A stretch of DNA of 64,000 nucleotides from Magallana gigas (taxonomy: Eukaryota), in NCBI RefSeq assembly GCF_963853765.1, contig NC_088861.1:13950001-14014000 (forward strand), written 5' to 3'. Positions 13,523 through 26,559 of the stretch are shown here, one piece after another (the stretch's first letter is position 1; each line of letters starts with the position of its first letter). Under the pieces are notes generated by a model that was not told the DNA's origin, made no database searches, and was given only the letters and a program-made list of their open reading frames with translations. Position numbers and translations under genes: made by a program.

Positions 13523-15712
13523 ATGATTCTGTTATATTCAATTATCTGTTCTTATTTTAGTGTTTCATCTTGTTCGGAAATATGTACAGGGTAAGTTAGT
13601 TTTGATGTTAACTTTAATAACATTTCATACGTATGTGAAAAGATATATAATAACAACATTCGACCTGAGTAAGTTTAAACGTACAGTACCGATCAGACCC
13701 AACCTAACACCAGAGTAAACCCCAACTGAAATCCGGGTTAACTTTCGGGGGTTACTGGGCTTTACTTTTTGAAAATTTAAGTCCAGTTGAGGTTAACTTC
13801 GGGTCCACTTTGGGTCTACTCGCAGTTTGCTTTTGGGTACCTCATTCAACATTGAAATGTGAAGTAGACCCGTCTTTTATCTGATTATCTTATTGTCTCC
13901 CATCCCTTTTATAAGATACAATTTTAATAAGACGCATTTTTTTTCATCACAACTATTAAGGAGTTTTTTTCCGTGTAAATACATGTTTAATTGATTGTGT
14001 ACTTTCTTTAACATGTAGTTCATATGTTACTGACCACGTGTATGTAATGCTAATGAGAATCGTTCAAGAGAATAAAAACTACCAACACAATTTATATTTT
14101 TGAGTGTTCAAATACAGCACAAAATCACAACGAGATAATCTTAATATCCGTATTAATCCGTTGATGAAGATTTCAAATATCAACAAAAAGTGATGCCATT
14201 AAACTAGGCAATTGCATGGCTATAAGTACACGGAAGATTAATTACTCTTCATTTATACTGTAGGAAATTTGTGCGGGATAATTTTTTTTATAAATTGTCA
14301 ATTCTAAAATGGGCTGTTAGGATGACATTTTGTAAATTCGCCACATATGCGAAACACGGGGTCTTGAAAACTATACAATACAATGTTGCAATTTTCAGTG
14401 GAAATTTTATTTCGTAGACAGTATGGAACACCCACGAAAACTCTTTACATATCTGTAAAACATTCCACATCAACGAAATGATAAAATTCACTAAAATGTT
14501 TATTTAACATTAAAAAATTGTTACTTGTTAGTAAAAGTATAATGATCTTGCTTGAGAATTACTTTTTATTCAAACGTTAGATATTAAGACATTATTATCC
14601 CAATTAAAATATTTAGCATTATTCATGTATTTAAATTCTAAATATCATTTTAATCAGCAGGCTACATCATTTATTGGGGATATTATATCGTAAATTCCAT
14701 AAGAAAATCAAATCCAATGCTCCATCAAATCTCTGTACAACATTCCAAACCATATATGATACATTGAAACAGATTTTCATTTAATGAAATACTCTTTAAT
14801 ATAAACAAATATTCTAAATTTAGATATGACGGAACAACAAAATGTTGCCTGGGATATGTTTGGAATGAGACTCTTGGAGAATGCTTAGGTACTTACAAGC
14901 TTTCTGTTTACTTTTGACATAATGAACATTTTCCATGTTTCTTGATAATGAGTGTTAATTTTATTTTTTTCAGTCTGCAATGATGGTTATATCGGAGAAA
15001 ACTGTACAACAACTTGTCCTGAACTGTACTATGGTCGGGAATGTCGACTTAAATGCAATTGTAACAAAGATCAATGCAATCATATAGCTGGATGTTCAAA
15101 GTCTGCAGTATCAGAAGGTATAAATTTGTAATCACAGTGTAACGTTTTTATTTTTTTTACTAGTGACATTAGATATAGTATAGTAATAGTAAAAACGTTG
15201 ATCACATAACTGCTGAACCTATACCCCGATCCGATTTTTATTTTGCAATCAGTTTTACATGTACATGTATACTGCTTTGCATGACAACACAAATAAAATA
15301 TTGTTTTTTGTGTGGTTGGAATACAGTGTTATATTGAATAAATGTTTGTTATGTTTCAGTATTTTAAGATTATAATAAAACAAGAACAAAAAACTCAATT
15401 TATGTAGTAAAAATGTAATCCAAGAGCCGAGAAAAATTAGTTTGCATGACTCTTGAATTTTACACACCTTCTATTTCATCAACTAAAAAGGAATTTGGTG
15501 GGTTTTATATTGTTATTCCTATTAGACTCATACTGTATGGGGTCATTCTTATTTATGTAGGGACGATGAACAATGTTACTTCACCATCGAAACTAAATCG
15601 AATTTTAACCATCAAATCATCAACATCTAAAGTGCTAGGTAAAATATCTTCCACCACTTCCACAGAATTTAACCTTTGCACAGGAGAGCAAACTAAAGAA
15701 CTTGGTTATTAA
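13523..15712 (+). CDS. Gene B1: predicted secreted CCLGY/EGF-like protein (stop before the ancestral TM); ~142 aa
   Basis: Exons 13523-13590, 14824-14888, 14974-15117 and 15561-15712 are GT-AG and total 429 nt in an open frame. Protein: MILLYSIICSYFSVSSCSEICTGYDGTTKCCLGYVWNETLGECLVCNDGYIGENCTTTCPELYYGRECRLKCNCNKDQCNHIAGCSKSAVSEGTMNNVTSP...CTGEQTKELGY*. A decayed TM-coding remnant follows to ~15819. Confidence 0.8.
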
Positions 15713-16938
15713 TCACTAATGCATGGCATGTACTACATGTATGCTATTTTTAGTTTTGTGAGTGTTGCAGCTTTTTTGCCGTGTTATGTATAGCTTTGTT
15801 TTATTTAGCTAATCGTTAAAGTTAAATGTGCTGAAGTTTTCACATTGATCAATCAAAATCCAAGTAATCAATTCAATCATGAACTCTTTCTGGCAACGGA
15901 TCCCATCTCTATCTTTTTAGAGGTCCGGATTTGCTCCGCTATGATTTTCTTTTTCGCTATATTGATTTTTGAGACGGCTCACAGTTTGTTAAAAAGCAAG
16001 ATATTTTTTTTTGTAATTGTTATTCAATAATAAATATATTTAATATTAGAATTGTTGCATACAAGTTTACACTAAGCAAGAGGTCAAAAGGCCACTTCAT
16101 TTCAATCAAATCAGGGATTTTAAAGGTTTCAATAATAAAATGACGGTTTGTGTTTTAAATGTCAATATTTAGAAATCAAAGTCAAATTCGCACATATAGG
16201 TAGCCAAACGATTTATGCGTTTCTATGGTTTTGAAAAGTTAGTTTTATAGAACAACAAATATATTCAAACAACGAGTAAATGGGCATACCGCTAACTACA
16301 AATTAAATCAGCCTTAAATAGTGGGTTTTCTACTTGATTAAGGTGTCTCAAAATACAAATGTATGCAGGTGCCAGTCTTTCGTAATATTCTGAGTACCTG
16401 AAGGTGCATATGTATATCTGTGGCATCCATCGAAGCTACATACAGTACCGAGTGGTGCTCTGTTTTGGCCGTGATAAAACGAACATGGGTTTGGCGCATA
16501 CTTTAAACTGAGAGCGAAGGAACAGTATTAGTAATGTACATGTAAGCTAGTAGAAAACTACAACATAGTGAGAAGATATATGCAGTGATATGTCAATCAG
16601 TAGTACATGTATTTGGAATACATATATTTCATCGGCACTTGCATGGAGGAATATTAAGCCTCAAGAGAGACTATCAACCCTCACCTTCATAGACAAATAC
16701 AAAGGAACAACGAGAACGATACGACAGATTCAATTAAATTTCAGTGGACAAGCTAAGGTTTGTAGTTAGTCATCTTGTAAACAGGTTAAGAATTTCATAG
16801 TTTTTCATAATATTGGTATTACTGTAGTTATACCAAGTGGTTGCAGAACAGTAAGACAATTTTGTGATTATAAAAGGCATATATACATGTACTTAAAATT
16901 TTAGGTGTGTAACAATCATATACTAGTGCCAGTCTAGA

Positions 16939-17030
16939 GTCTGTTTGTTATATCTGTAACTTTTTTCAGTACATACTTGTACCTCAAACTCAGAAAGAAA
17001 CCAAACGTAAATGTGCCAGAGACTTTGTAA
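16939..17030 (+). pseudogene. 3' fragment of the last exon of a subfamily C gene (cassette 1)
   Basis: Reads ..LFVISVTFFSTYLYLKLRKKPNVNVPETL*, nearly identical to C1 36660-36751. No upstream C exons are visible, so this is a deletion breakpoint. Confidence 0.8.
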
Positions 17031-18861
17031 AGCTAATAAAAGTATTTTATTTACAGTTATGATTAATGGTGTATTTTTCATTAATTTTATCTTTATATAT
17101 TTGCAAATAAAAGCAATAACTGTGGTCAAAGAAAAAAGAAAATCTCAGGTTTTAAATATCATCAACATACGTTTTCCGCATTATTTGAGTTTAAATATCA
17201 TCAATATAAGTTTTCCGCTATTGTTTTATTGGGAAAAAAATATTTCCTCCTTTCTATTAAAGTTACGAGAGTATGTTTGTTATTTCAGTGATATATTTGG
17301 GCATGTTTCAGGTCATAGCAGATGTTCGTCTATTGCTGGGGCTTAGATTGTGTTTATCATTTAAATTGTTTTCTTAAGTAAAAGCAAATAGATATATTTC
17401 ATGTTTAGTAAATTCATAAAGTAAATATTTTGACCAAATGATCATATTTAAGTCAAATAGCGATGACTGATTAAATGTCATCACTATGTAATACCTACTT
17501 CTGGTATATACAATGTATCTCCGATTCAAACATTGCATAAGCTTTTCTGCTATTAAAGAAATAAATAAATTGTTTTTATGATATATTAAAGTATAAAATT
17601 ATATACATTATACGATTTTATTATCCCCAGGATATTATTCGAACCATTGGCTGATGTTTTACGTCTACTTTAGGAGTTCCAGTATATGCCCCTAATGTAT
17701 AGCATCAAAATTTTGTATATTATCCAGTATTATTTGGTTTATGGGCAAGTTCCATATTTTAACAATCAGAGTCACTTGGCCCTGTCGTCAACAACATTGA
17801 CATTAAAGAACTCAATTCAATTGTCAACTCAAATTCTTAAAAAAAAAAGAAAAAAAAAGAGGAAAAAACATGTCCGTTGGTGACGGCGGATTGTTTCTTT
17901 TTTTAATCTATTAAAACTTCAAAAGAATTGTACCATATATGCATGTATACATGTCTATAATTTTCTTAAATCAATAGTATAACACCACAGGGACTGCGCC
18001 GCTCACCTGAGTAGCATTTGCCATAAAATTGTCCATTGGCAAGCAAAGCAGATAAATTTAATCAAAACCGCTTTATGAACTCAAATACAAATATTTAAAC
18101 CAGTTTGTTCTAGTTGTTGTTTTGTCAAGAATTAAGAAAGTTGGATGCTTTTAAATAATCATTTAAAAAATGTATCAATGCAATTCTAAATAAGAATATT
18201 TTTTCAAAAATGTTAACCAACACATTCGTATACTGAGTTATAAACCTCTCCTTGTACCCATTACAATTTTGGAGGGGTGGTGGTTTAAAACAAATTATAT
18301 TTCTATAATTATAAAACTCGTTTTTCCAACGGTTTTTTGACTGAAAAACATTAAATGTATGCTTGCTCAAGAACCATTTTTATCTAGGATGTGTATAATT
18401 ACATGTATATTAACAAAATTCTTTCTTATTATAAATGACAAGCCATCGTTTGAATGATCGGACTGTAAAAAAGCTATTAATTTCTTGAATTTAGTGGGCT
18501 GTGTATCAACCACCCAAAAAAAATAATAAACAAGTCACTGGCATATTTAGCAATAAACTGTATAGTTAATACCAGCAAAAACGAATGAAATTAAGGAAGG
18601 TTGTTATATTATGTATATGCGTAGCTGTACAGTTTTTCTTAAAATATCTTCAATATAAAGATAAACGAATTTTGTAACCTTGCTGATAAGGGAAATTATT
18701 TCTATGATAATGATGCAATGACTGGCATAATAAACATATAAAACAAATTTGTGATTGTAACATTCAATATCAATAGAAGTTCATAAATAAAGCATTTGAA
18801 TAAATTAAACAACCTAAAATGAATATCAAAGAAAATATTATACTGAAGGTTTTACTCTTAA

Positions 18862-19030
18862 AAATGATTCAGTAGCGCACAGTGGGGTACAGTGCTTATC
18901 AGTGCTCTGTACAGCGGCGTACAGTCGGATACAGTGGAAGTCAGTAGTGGGGTACAGTGCTGTTCAGTAGAATTGTATAATAGGGTGCAGGGGGTACAGT
19001 GGAAGTCAATAAAATGTACAGTGAGGTACA
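18862..19030 (+). repeat. Degenerate (TA)CAG/CAGTG-rich low-complexity repeat (second copy ~38839-39010)
   Basis: TACAGT and CAGTG motifs recur many times in ~170 bp, in both duplicated copies. Confidence 0.6.
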
Positions 19031-19887
19031 GACAATGTACAGAATATGTCAGCCAATGTACAAAAGATGTTAGCCAATGACAGTCAATTTTTTGGAGTAT
19101 CAGTAAATTTTGAATTCAGTAGTAATTACAACATACAAATATATTATAAGTAGATTAAGTTCATAGCATAAAATTTCACTATTATAAAAACATTATTGGT
19201 AGATATAATGAATAAAAATAAGAACAATATTGAAAAAGCAATACATGTCCAATGCAACACCCTAAACTTAAAAGCAATTATTGTATAATGTGCTAAATAT
19301 GTATAAAAATATCAGAGATAATTTTTTTTAATGGACAATTCCAACTAGTTTAAAACACATTCTGTATTAAATGTGTGTTCGCTTCGATTCTTTCGGGTAG
19401 ATTGACGCACCGCTGTAGCACTATTTTGATCAAGATGTGTAAATTGCCATAAATTTTGTTGATAAAATAAAACGAAAGTCAAACTGGATATTAAGTGATA
19501 ATTACTTTGTTTGATGCATTGGTACATTGGGACCTGCACAATGACGTGCGGACTTCTTTTTTCATTGGACTACTTGAGTGCAGAGCTAGCCAGTTGTAAA
19601 TAAGAGTCACATTTAAGATTTATGTGTAAATACCTGTTTATTAAAAGTAGATTAATTTAAACTTTATATGCACGGCCGGCATCATTATTATGTTGCACAT
19701 TTTTGAAATTAATTTGTCTTACCATAATTAAAAATGACTGACATATTGTTAAAAGAGTATAAACCTACCAACCAACCCTCCCCATCTTGGGTTTCACGCT
19801 TAGATTGCTTAAAATAAACTTTTATTGTTTCAGTAAATATGTTTTAAAATATCAATGTTTTACAAATATATCAATATTTTAAACCAG

Positions 19888-20232
19888 GTGAAGACACGCA
19901 TGTTACCGCCACAAAATCTCCCGGTTTTACCAGATACATCTTCATCATCAAAAGTTTCAAGTGAGATTGCAACTGCTGCATTTAATTGCGAGAAAGGATC
20001 AGTAATAATTATTATAATTATATTTGGGGTTTTTTCCCACGTGACCTAACAACTATTACCATTTTCACAGATAGTCACATTTGCACTAGGGACATATTGG
20101 TTTGACAAATATGATAGTGTTGTTAAAGTAAGTATTGCTGTTCTGATTGTCTCATAATTGGTTTTAACTATTTCTAGTAAAAAAAAACCTTATTGTCCCA
20201 TGGATTTTGCGAACCAATAAGCTGATCTATGA
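19888..20232 (+). pseudogene. Remnant of subfamily D stalk and TM exons (cassette 2)
   Basis: Homologous to D1 6143-6509 (GGTGAAGACACGC.. through ..GCTGATCTATGA). Frameshifted, and the 5' D exons are not visible. Confidence 0.65.
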
Positions 20233-21099
20233 AAATACATACTGTCATATAATTAAATAAAGTTCATTTTTTCAATGCCAAAATATTATAATTTTTCTTT
20301 TTTAACATTTTTGACAAGCTTAATCATTGTAAACAAAATTCTTCAAAATATGTGTGTTGCCAATATAAATGAGTTTTCTGTCAAATAGTTATAAACATTC
20401 CTGATTGCTTTAGGCGCAGATTTTATTATGTAACTTAATACACCTCCCCTCTTATTAGCAATCACTTTTTTACCATGTTTGCATAATTATATGCAGATTT
20501 TGGAGAAAAATATTCAAAGGATGAAGTTTGTTAAAGGAATTGTCACGTTCATGATAGAAGTAGAATATGAATGAAATAGATAAATGATATGGGATTTAGA
20601 AGAAGAGAAAAAGTCAAATGTTTTAATAGGTATGTTGGTTTCCTTTATGCATGTAAACAAAAGCTTCCTTTTCAAATCGATGGAACATTAGCTTTTTTTC
20701 AATAAACTACACATAAGAACATACTAGTATATATGATTCATATAACGTGCTGCAAGAAATTTATGCAAACGTCAAAAGAACGACCCGTAATTGATAGGAG
20801 CGTTTATAAATATAACTGTTTTCACATCGAGGGATTTTGATCGACTCTGGCGCCTATAATTTGCATAATTTACCCCCACCCCAAATATGCTTGTCTTATT
20901 AGATAGGCACTTGTCAGCTGATTCCGGTATACAACTCAATATGTTCATGAAATCGTACCATTGACATCAACTTTGACGATCTATGTAGAAAAGGAAGTGA
21001 ACACTGCGTATTAAAAACTTAAAAATAAATCATTGAAAGTTATTCACTTGATATGTTGCAGGAAATTAACTTTTTTTTAATCTTGTCTTGAACGAAACC

Positions 21100-22411
21100 A
21101 TGAAGTCGTCTGCATTGGAAGTGAAAGAAGCGCAGTTGATTTTCGTTTGTATTGCTGCCTTACATGCGAATGTCTGCAGAAGGTGATATATTTTTGAAAT
21201 AAGTGTTACTGAATATGCGCATGCGTGTACATATATGAACAGATATGCCAACACTTGTTTTGTTTCCTTTTTTATATCAGTACGGAAGGAATTGTTGAGT
21301 GCTGTCCTGGATATTCATGGAATAAAATAGATGCATAGGTCAGTTTAATGCAATGTACTCTTTATATATCTTTTCAAGTCTAAGTTCCATACGATGTTTT
21401 AAACAAATGCACGAAATGTCATGCATCTTTCCTATTTTAAATATAAATCTTAAAATTCAGGATGCCGTGCTGGTACATTTGGACCACATTGTGATATGCC
21501 ATGTCCGTATCCACAATACGGACGCAACTGCTTGTCAAAATGTTCCTGCACGGAGGATCACTGTGATCCTGCTGACAGTTGTCCCGGTAAGTCACATGCA
21601 TAATACGTATAAGGAGTATGTCAATGACGTTTTGAAATTTTTAATAATTTTACCTAGAATCATAAAACAGTATTTAAACAGCAAGCTCTAAATGAAACAC
21701 TGCTCTATTATTTTTAGATTGGACTAATAATTCAACAACGTTTCCACAGAGCACACACATTTTCATTCATCTGTGGAGGTGAAGAATGGTATGCATAAAT
21801 AATAAAATTAACAGAAACATGTGTGTTTTTAATTTAACTGTATAAAGTTTGATTCATGATTCGTTTTAATTAAGTTTGTATTTTAAACTAAAAATGATTA
21901 ACATCCTTGTTTCTACATAAAATATATTCACCTATATACTGGGAGCCACTTGTGATCAACAGCAAAGCATTACCCGATTTTCCAGTTATTACATGTGTAC
22001 ATATATCAAGTGTATTATTATCAGTGAAAATTGTGTTCCTTTGTTAATTCGTATCATAACCCATCACTGTTTTTTTTTTAATAAATTTCATTCAAATTAA
22101 ATAAATTGAATTCCGTTGGTAAATATTACATGTATAATTTGAAATTGTTCAGTTATTATCTTATAGATCTTGATTCAATTACAAAATAGGATCGACTCAA
22201 TTCATCCACCATAATGACACTCACACTTGTCAAGGAATCAAAACACAAAATCATGGGGGCGCTCCTCTTTTCCGGAACATGCTAACGAGGTTTATCAGTC
22301 TCTTTTCTCTGGCTCTCTTCATGTTTATATTATACACAGGATTGTTATAAATCAAAGATCACACTTAATGGCCCATTATCAAAAAACATCATTTGTTATA
22401 ATTCAGTATGA
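21100..22411 (+). pseudogene. Gene A2: pseudogene paralog of A1
   Basis: Exons at 21100-21182, 21281-21338, 21461-21586, a stalk exon from 21717 and a last exon from ~22168 to 22411. Exon 2 lacks one of the two AAAATAG units of A1, giving a 7-nt frameshift and a TAG. The last exon has an early TAG (ACA AAA TAG) and a further TAA. Confidence 0.85.
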
Positions 22412-23790
22412 TTGTAGTTATTGTTGATTAATCAATATTGTTAAGATCGAAATTGTCTATATTTAATTTGTATATCCAATTTGAAGCTATGTGCCTCAAA
22501 GTAACATTAGTCTAAAACCAGTCACAAGACTTTAATATCATGGCAAAACGTCGTTAATCGAAGGAAAAAAAATAATAAATTGTGAATATTCGTTTATTTC
22601 ACGTAATGTGTGTACATACATGTACGTAAATATTTGTGTATAATATAATTGGTACAGGCATAACCGCTTTTTGAAATTTGAACGATAATAACAGGGTACA
22701 TTTACGGTTTCTTACAACAATAAACTCATTATGCACATATGTCTTTTATAGCTAGATTTCTCACAATATTCATTTATTAATAATTATATAAATCTTTAGT
22801 ACAACTTTACAAAAAATAAATTTTTGGAGATACTTTTTTCTGTTGACTCAACGGTTTTGCTCTTGTTAATTTAACATTTGTTCTATTGTGTTAATACTGT
22901 GCTACATTCGGTAAAATTTACAGCATTTTGAAAATTATTAGTTGTTTGTATATAGCGTATACTGTACTTCCTTTTTCGTGAAGTTAATAGAGTAGTGAAC
23001 AGGTAATGCTTTTATGCTTATTTTGGAGAATTAAAGCAATCAACACAGTTGGTATCTGTAAGCGTAGGTTGTTGAATTTAGCGACAAAATGTCGAGAGTT
23101 GGTTAGTAATTATTTGAAGAAGATTTCAAAAATAATAAAAAAAATTCTAAACTAGCAGAGTTCTTACTAAAACAAAGGACAATAGACGGATATATTTGCA
23201 CGGAAGTAAAAAAAAAGCTTTCGGTTCATGTTGCAAATCAATTAAATTTGTGTAGGCAAATCATTGTGAATAATCAATTTTAGAAAAAAAAGTTGTTGAA
23301 ATGATATTTCGCGGATTCGCCACACATAATAAAAACGAGTTCGTGTAAAATATACATGACAATGTTGTAACTTCCTCAGGACTATCATTTCGTGTTTAAT
23401 ATGAGACACACACGAAAACCCTTCAAATACATTTATCTGTACCTGTAGCTGTACCTGTCATCAATAAATTATAAAAATCCACTAGAATTGGAATTACAAT
23501 TCTTAACAATAAGTAACTATGTAAAAATGAATGAGATATAATACAAAAATTTACATGATTTATTGATTAATTTCCTTACAAGTCAATATTCCCTAATCAT
23601 TCGTTTTTTCAACCAAAAAAAAAAAAGTGAAAACGAGGAAACGTATCACGTCTTTCCAACATATACAGCTTTAGTGACATTTCCGGTGTGAACGTGTCAT
23701 AAACATGTTAGTGTACTATATGTAAAATATAATAATAAGGAAATAATTTAATAATATTTCCAAATAATTGAAAGGGCAACGATGCAAACG

Positions 23791-25347
23791 ATGATTCTGT
23801 TATGTTCATTGTTGTTCTCTTATTGTGGTGTATCAACTTGTATTCAGATATGTAAAGGGTAGGTTTGTCTTGATGTATACTTAAATAACATGTTCATGCT
23901 TTCGTTAAAAAAAATACTTGATTATAGCAATCGACTTGTGTGAGTTTAATCCTAAAATAAGAAATAATTTTAATAAGCCACTTTTTTTTCATCTGAACGG
24001 TTTAGGATTGTCACTCATTTATTTGCAATACAGTGTACTTCATTACCTTAATCTTAATTTTACAGCATTCTTGTCAGTACATGTATGTTCAGTTGACTAC
24101 ATACTTCCTTTACCATGCAGTTTATATATTATTGACCACGTAAATCTAATGCTAATTAGGATCGTTTAATAGATAAAAAGCAACCAATGCAATTGTAATT
24201 CTTAAGTTATCAAATTCAGCACCAAAGTATAAAACGATAGTATTATTATTCGTATTTCTCCGTTATTCAGATTTCAAATATCAACAAAAAGTGATATTTA
24301 AAAGGTCGGCAATTCCATTAAAAAACGCGGAACAGACGATTTTCAGTGCAGGAAAGTCAAATTAAGCTTTTCATTGACATCGTAGGCACTCGTTTTGATA
24401 CAATTTTTGGGCTATTTTTTGTAAAGTGTGAATTTCAAATGGGCTGTTGGAATGACATTTCTTGAATTTGACACACGCACTAAAAACGGGGCCTTGTAAA
24501 ATATACATGACAATGTTGAAACATTCAGTGAAAGAGGTACCCGCGAAAATCCTTCAAATATCTAACGACATTCAACAAAATCTACTAGAATTTAAATTTT
24601 ACTTTAAAAAGTCTTACTTCTACATAAAAATATGATGATCTTGTCTTTTTGGGTTACTTATCGAAAATATTTTAGCATTCATTATATATGTAATTTCTAA
24701 ATATTACTGTAATAAGAAGGCTTCAACATTTATTAAGATGTATCATATCGTGAATACTATAAAAAAAATCACCAAAGGCCGCCATCAAATCTCTGTACGA
24801 AATTCCATATCATAAATGATTTAGTCCACCTTAACAGACTTGATTTATTGAAAGCTTTATTTATATAAACGAATATTTCTAAATTTAGACAGGACGAAAA
24901 AACAAAATGTTGCCTGGGATATATTTGGAATGAGACTCTTGGAAGTTGTTCAGGTATTCACAAGTTTTCTTTTAATTTCTGACGTAAGGACATTTTCTTG
25001 ATAATGAGCGTTTATTTTCATTTTTGTAAGCCTGCAGTGATGGTTATATTGGGGAAAACTGTACAACAAATTGTCCTGAACTGTACTATGGTCGGGAATG
25101 TCGACTTAAATGCAACTGTACCAAAGATCAATGCAATCATATAGCAGGATGTTCAAAGTTTGCATCAGAAGGTATTCTTTTTTAAGTATTGTGTAAGTTT
25201 ATTTTTTTGGCATAAATGATAAAATACATGTATATGGTATGTGTGATTATTAAGACATATTGACGACGTAATCAGGTAACTAATACTGCGATTTATTATT
25301 TTTTTTATAATTTTTTTTTTTGACAAAAGCACACAAACCGAATGCCG

Positions 25348-25385
<38 letters not shown>

Positions 25386-26169
25386 CGGATACTTTGTTAA
25401 AATAAATAAAATAGCTTGTTTCATTTTGCGTCGCAGCTGTCGCTAGGATTTGAATCACCGTGAAACCCTTGTTAATATGTACGTATTCTGTATGTATTGT
25501 TTGCACAGATGTACCGATCATAGTTGCTAGCATGACTTAAAAATATTAAACAACTCGAAGTTGCATTATGATTTGAATCACCTTGAAACCCTTATTAATA
25601 TGTACATGTACGTATTACATGTATGTACGTATTGTTTGCACATAGTTGTTGGTATGACTTTTAAATATTAAACAACTTGATGTTACATTAGTATGTGCCT
25701 GACATAGATAAATAGTTTTGCTGATTTTACTTTTTATTACTTTAATATGTTTTGATTGAGATTTTTATTTGATTTAAGAAAATTTGAGCATTTTAATTCC
25801 AACGTCGAAAACTATTCGAGTTTCAACTATTAAATAATCAACACCCAAAGTCATTGCTAAGTATTCCAAAGTTTGGTATAAGAAAAATATTTAAAGTTAT
25901 GTTATACCTGTAATACAATTACTATCCAACTAATATTTTTCGGAGCCAATATGCAAACCGATGAGCTAGTTTTCTAAATATTTTTTTTTACAGATAATAC
26001 ATCCACTACCCTTTTGGCAGAACAAAACCCTTGCACAAGGAAGAAAGCAGAAGCACTTGGTAATCCATCGTTACTACTTGGCATGTACTATGCTGTTGTT
26101 AGTCTTGTGATTTTTTCAGCTGTTATGATCATATTATCTATAGCTTTGTTTCTATTCGCTAAACGTTGA
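23791..26169 (+). CDS. Gene B2: tail-less type I membrane CCLGY/EGF-like protein; ~149 aa
   Basis: Exons 23791-23858, 24889-24953, 25031-25171 and 25994-26169 total 450 nt in an open frame (in-frame upstream ATG at 23782). Protein: MILLCSLLFSYCGVSTCIQICKGQDEKTKCCLGYIWNETLGSCSACSDGYIGENCTTNCPELYYGRECRLKCNCTKDQCNHIAGC...NPCTRKKAEALGNPSLLLGMYYAVVSLVIFSAVMIILSIALFLFAKR*. Confidence 0.85.
25351..25382 (+). repeat. (GT)n microsatellite in B2 intron 3
   Basis: Direct reading of the sequence. Confidence 0.95.
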
Positions 26170-26559
26170 AAGTCAACATTGATTATTTTCACACGAAAAT
26201 TCAAATTTTTGGAATAAACAATGTTGGAAAGGAGATTCTTTATATCAATGTTTTAAACATCATTATGAGTTTATATGCATTTATATTTTCACCTTTAGAA
26301 TTGATGCATTGTTTTTTAAACAAAGAAAAATGCCCAGGAGCCACTTCTGTCATTTGATTAACAATAGTCATAACGCCAATCAAATAAACTTTTTAGTATC
26401 ACATACAAATGTAAACTATCTTCTCAATTAAGTACAGTATATCATATTTAGTTGGATCTCATTTTTTTTTAATTTTTATGTTAACATTATTTAAAAATTC
26501 TATGTAAGCTGCTTGCCAGATCCTACTACTCCCAAAGTTGATGTTTTTAACAAACCTGA

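Larger units (their letters stand above)
16939..20790 (+). repeat. Segmental duplication, copy 1 (paired with ~36660-40773)
   Basis: Long near-identical collinear blocks, for example 17030-17880 vs 36750-37560, 18130-19120 vs 37630-39110 and 19120-20790 vs 39110-40773. Confidence 0.9.

Noticed and set aside
18892-19080. Conserved-looking ORF pair 18892-19080 and 38861-39076
   Set aside because: The similarity is explained by the segmental duplication of a CAGT-rich low-complexity tract. No domain or splice context supports coding.
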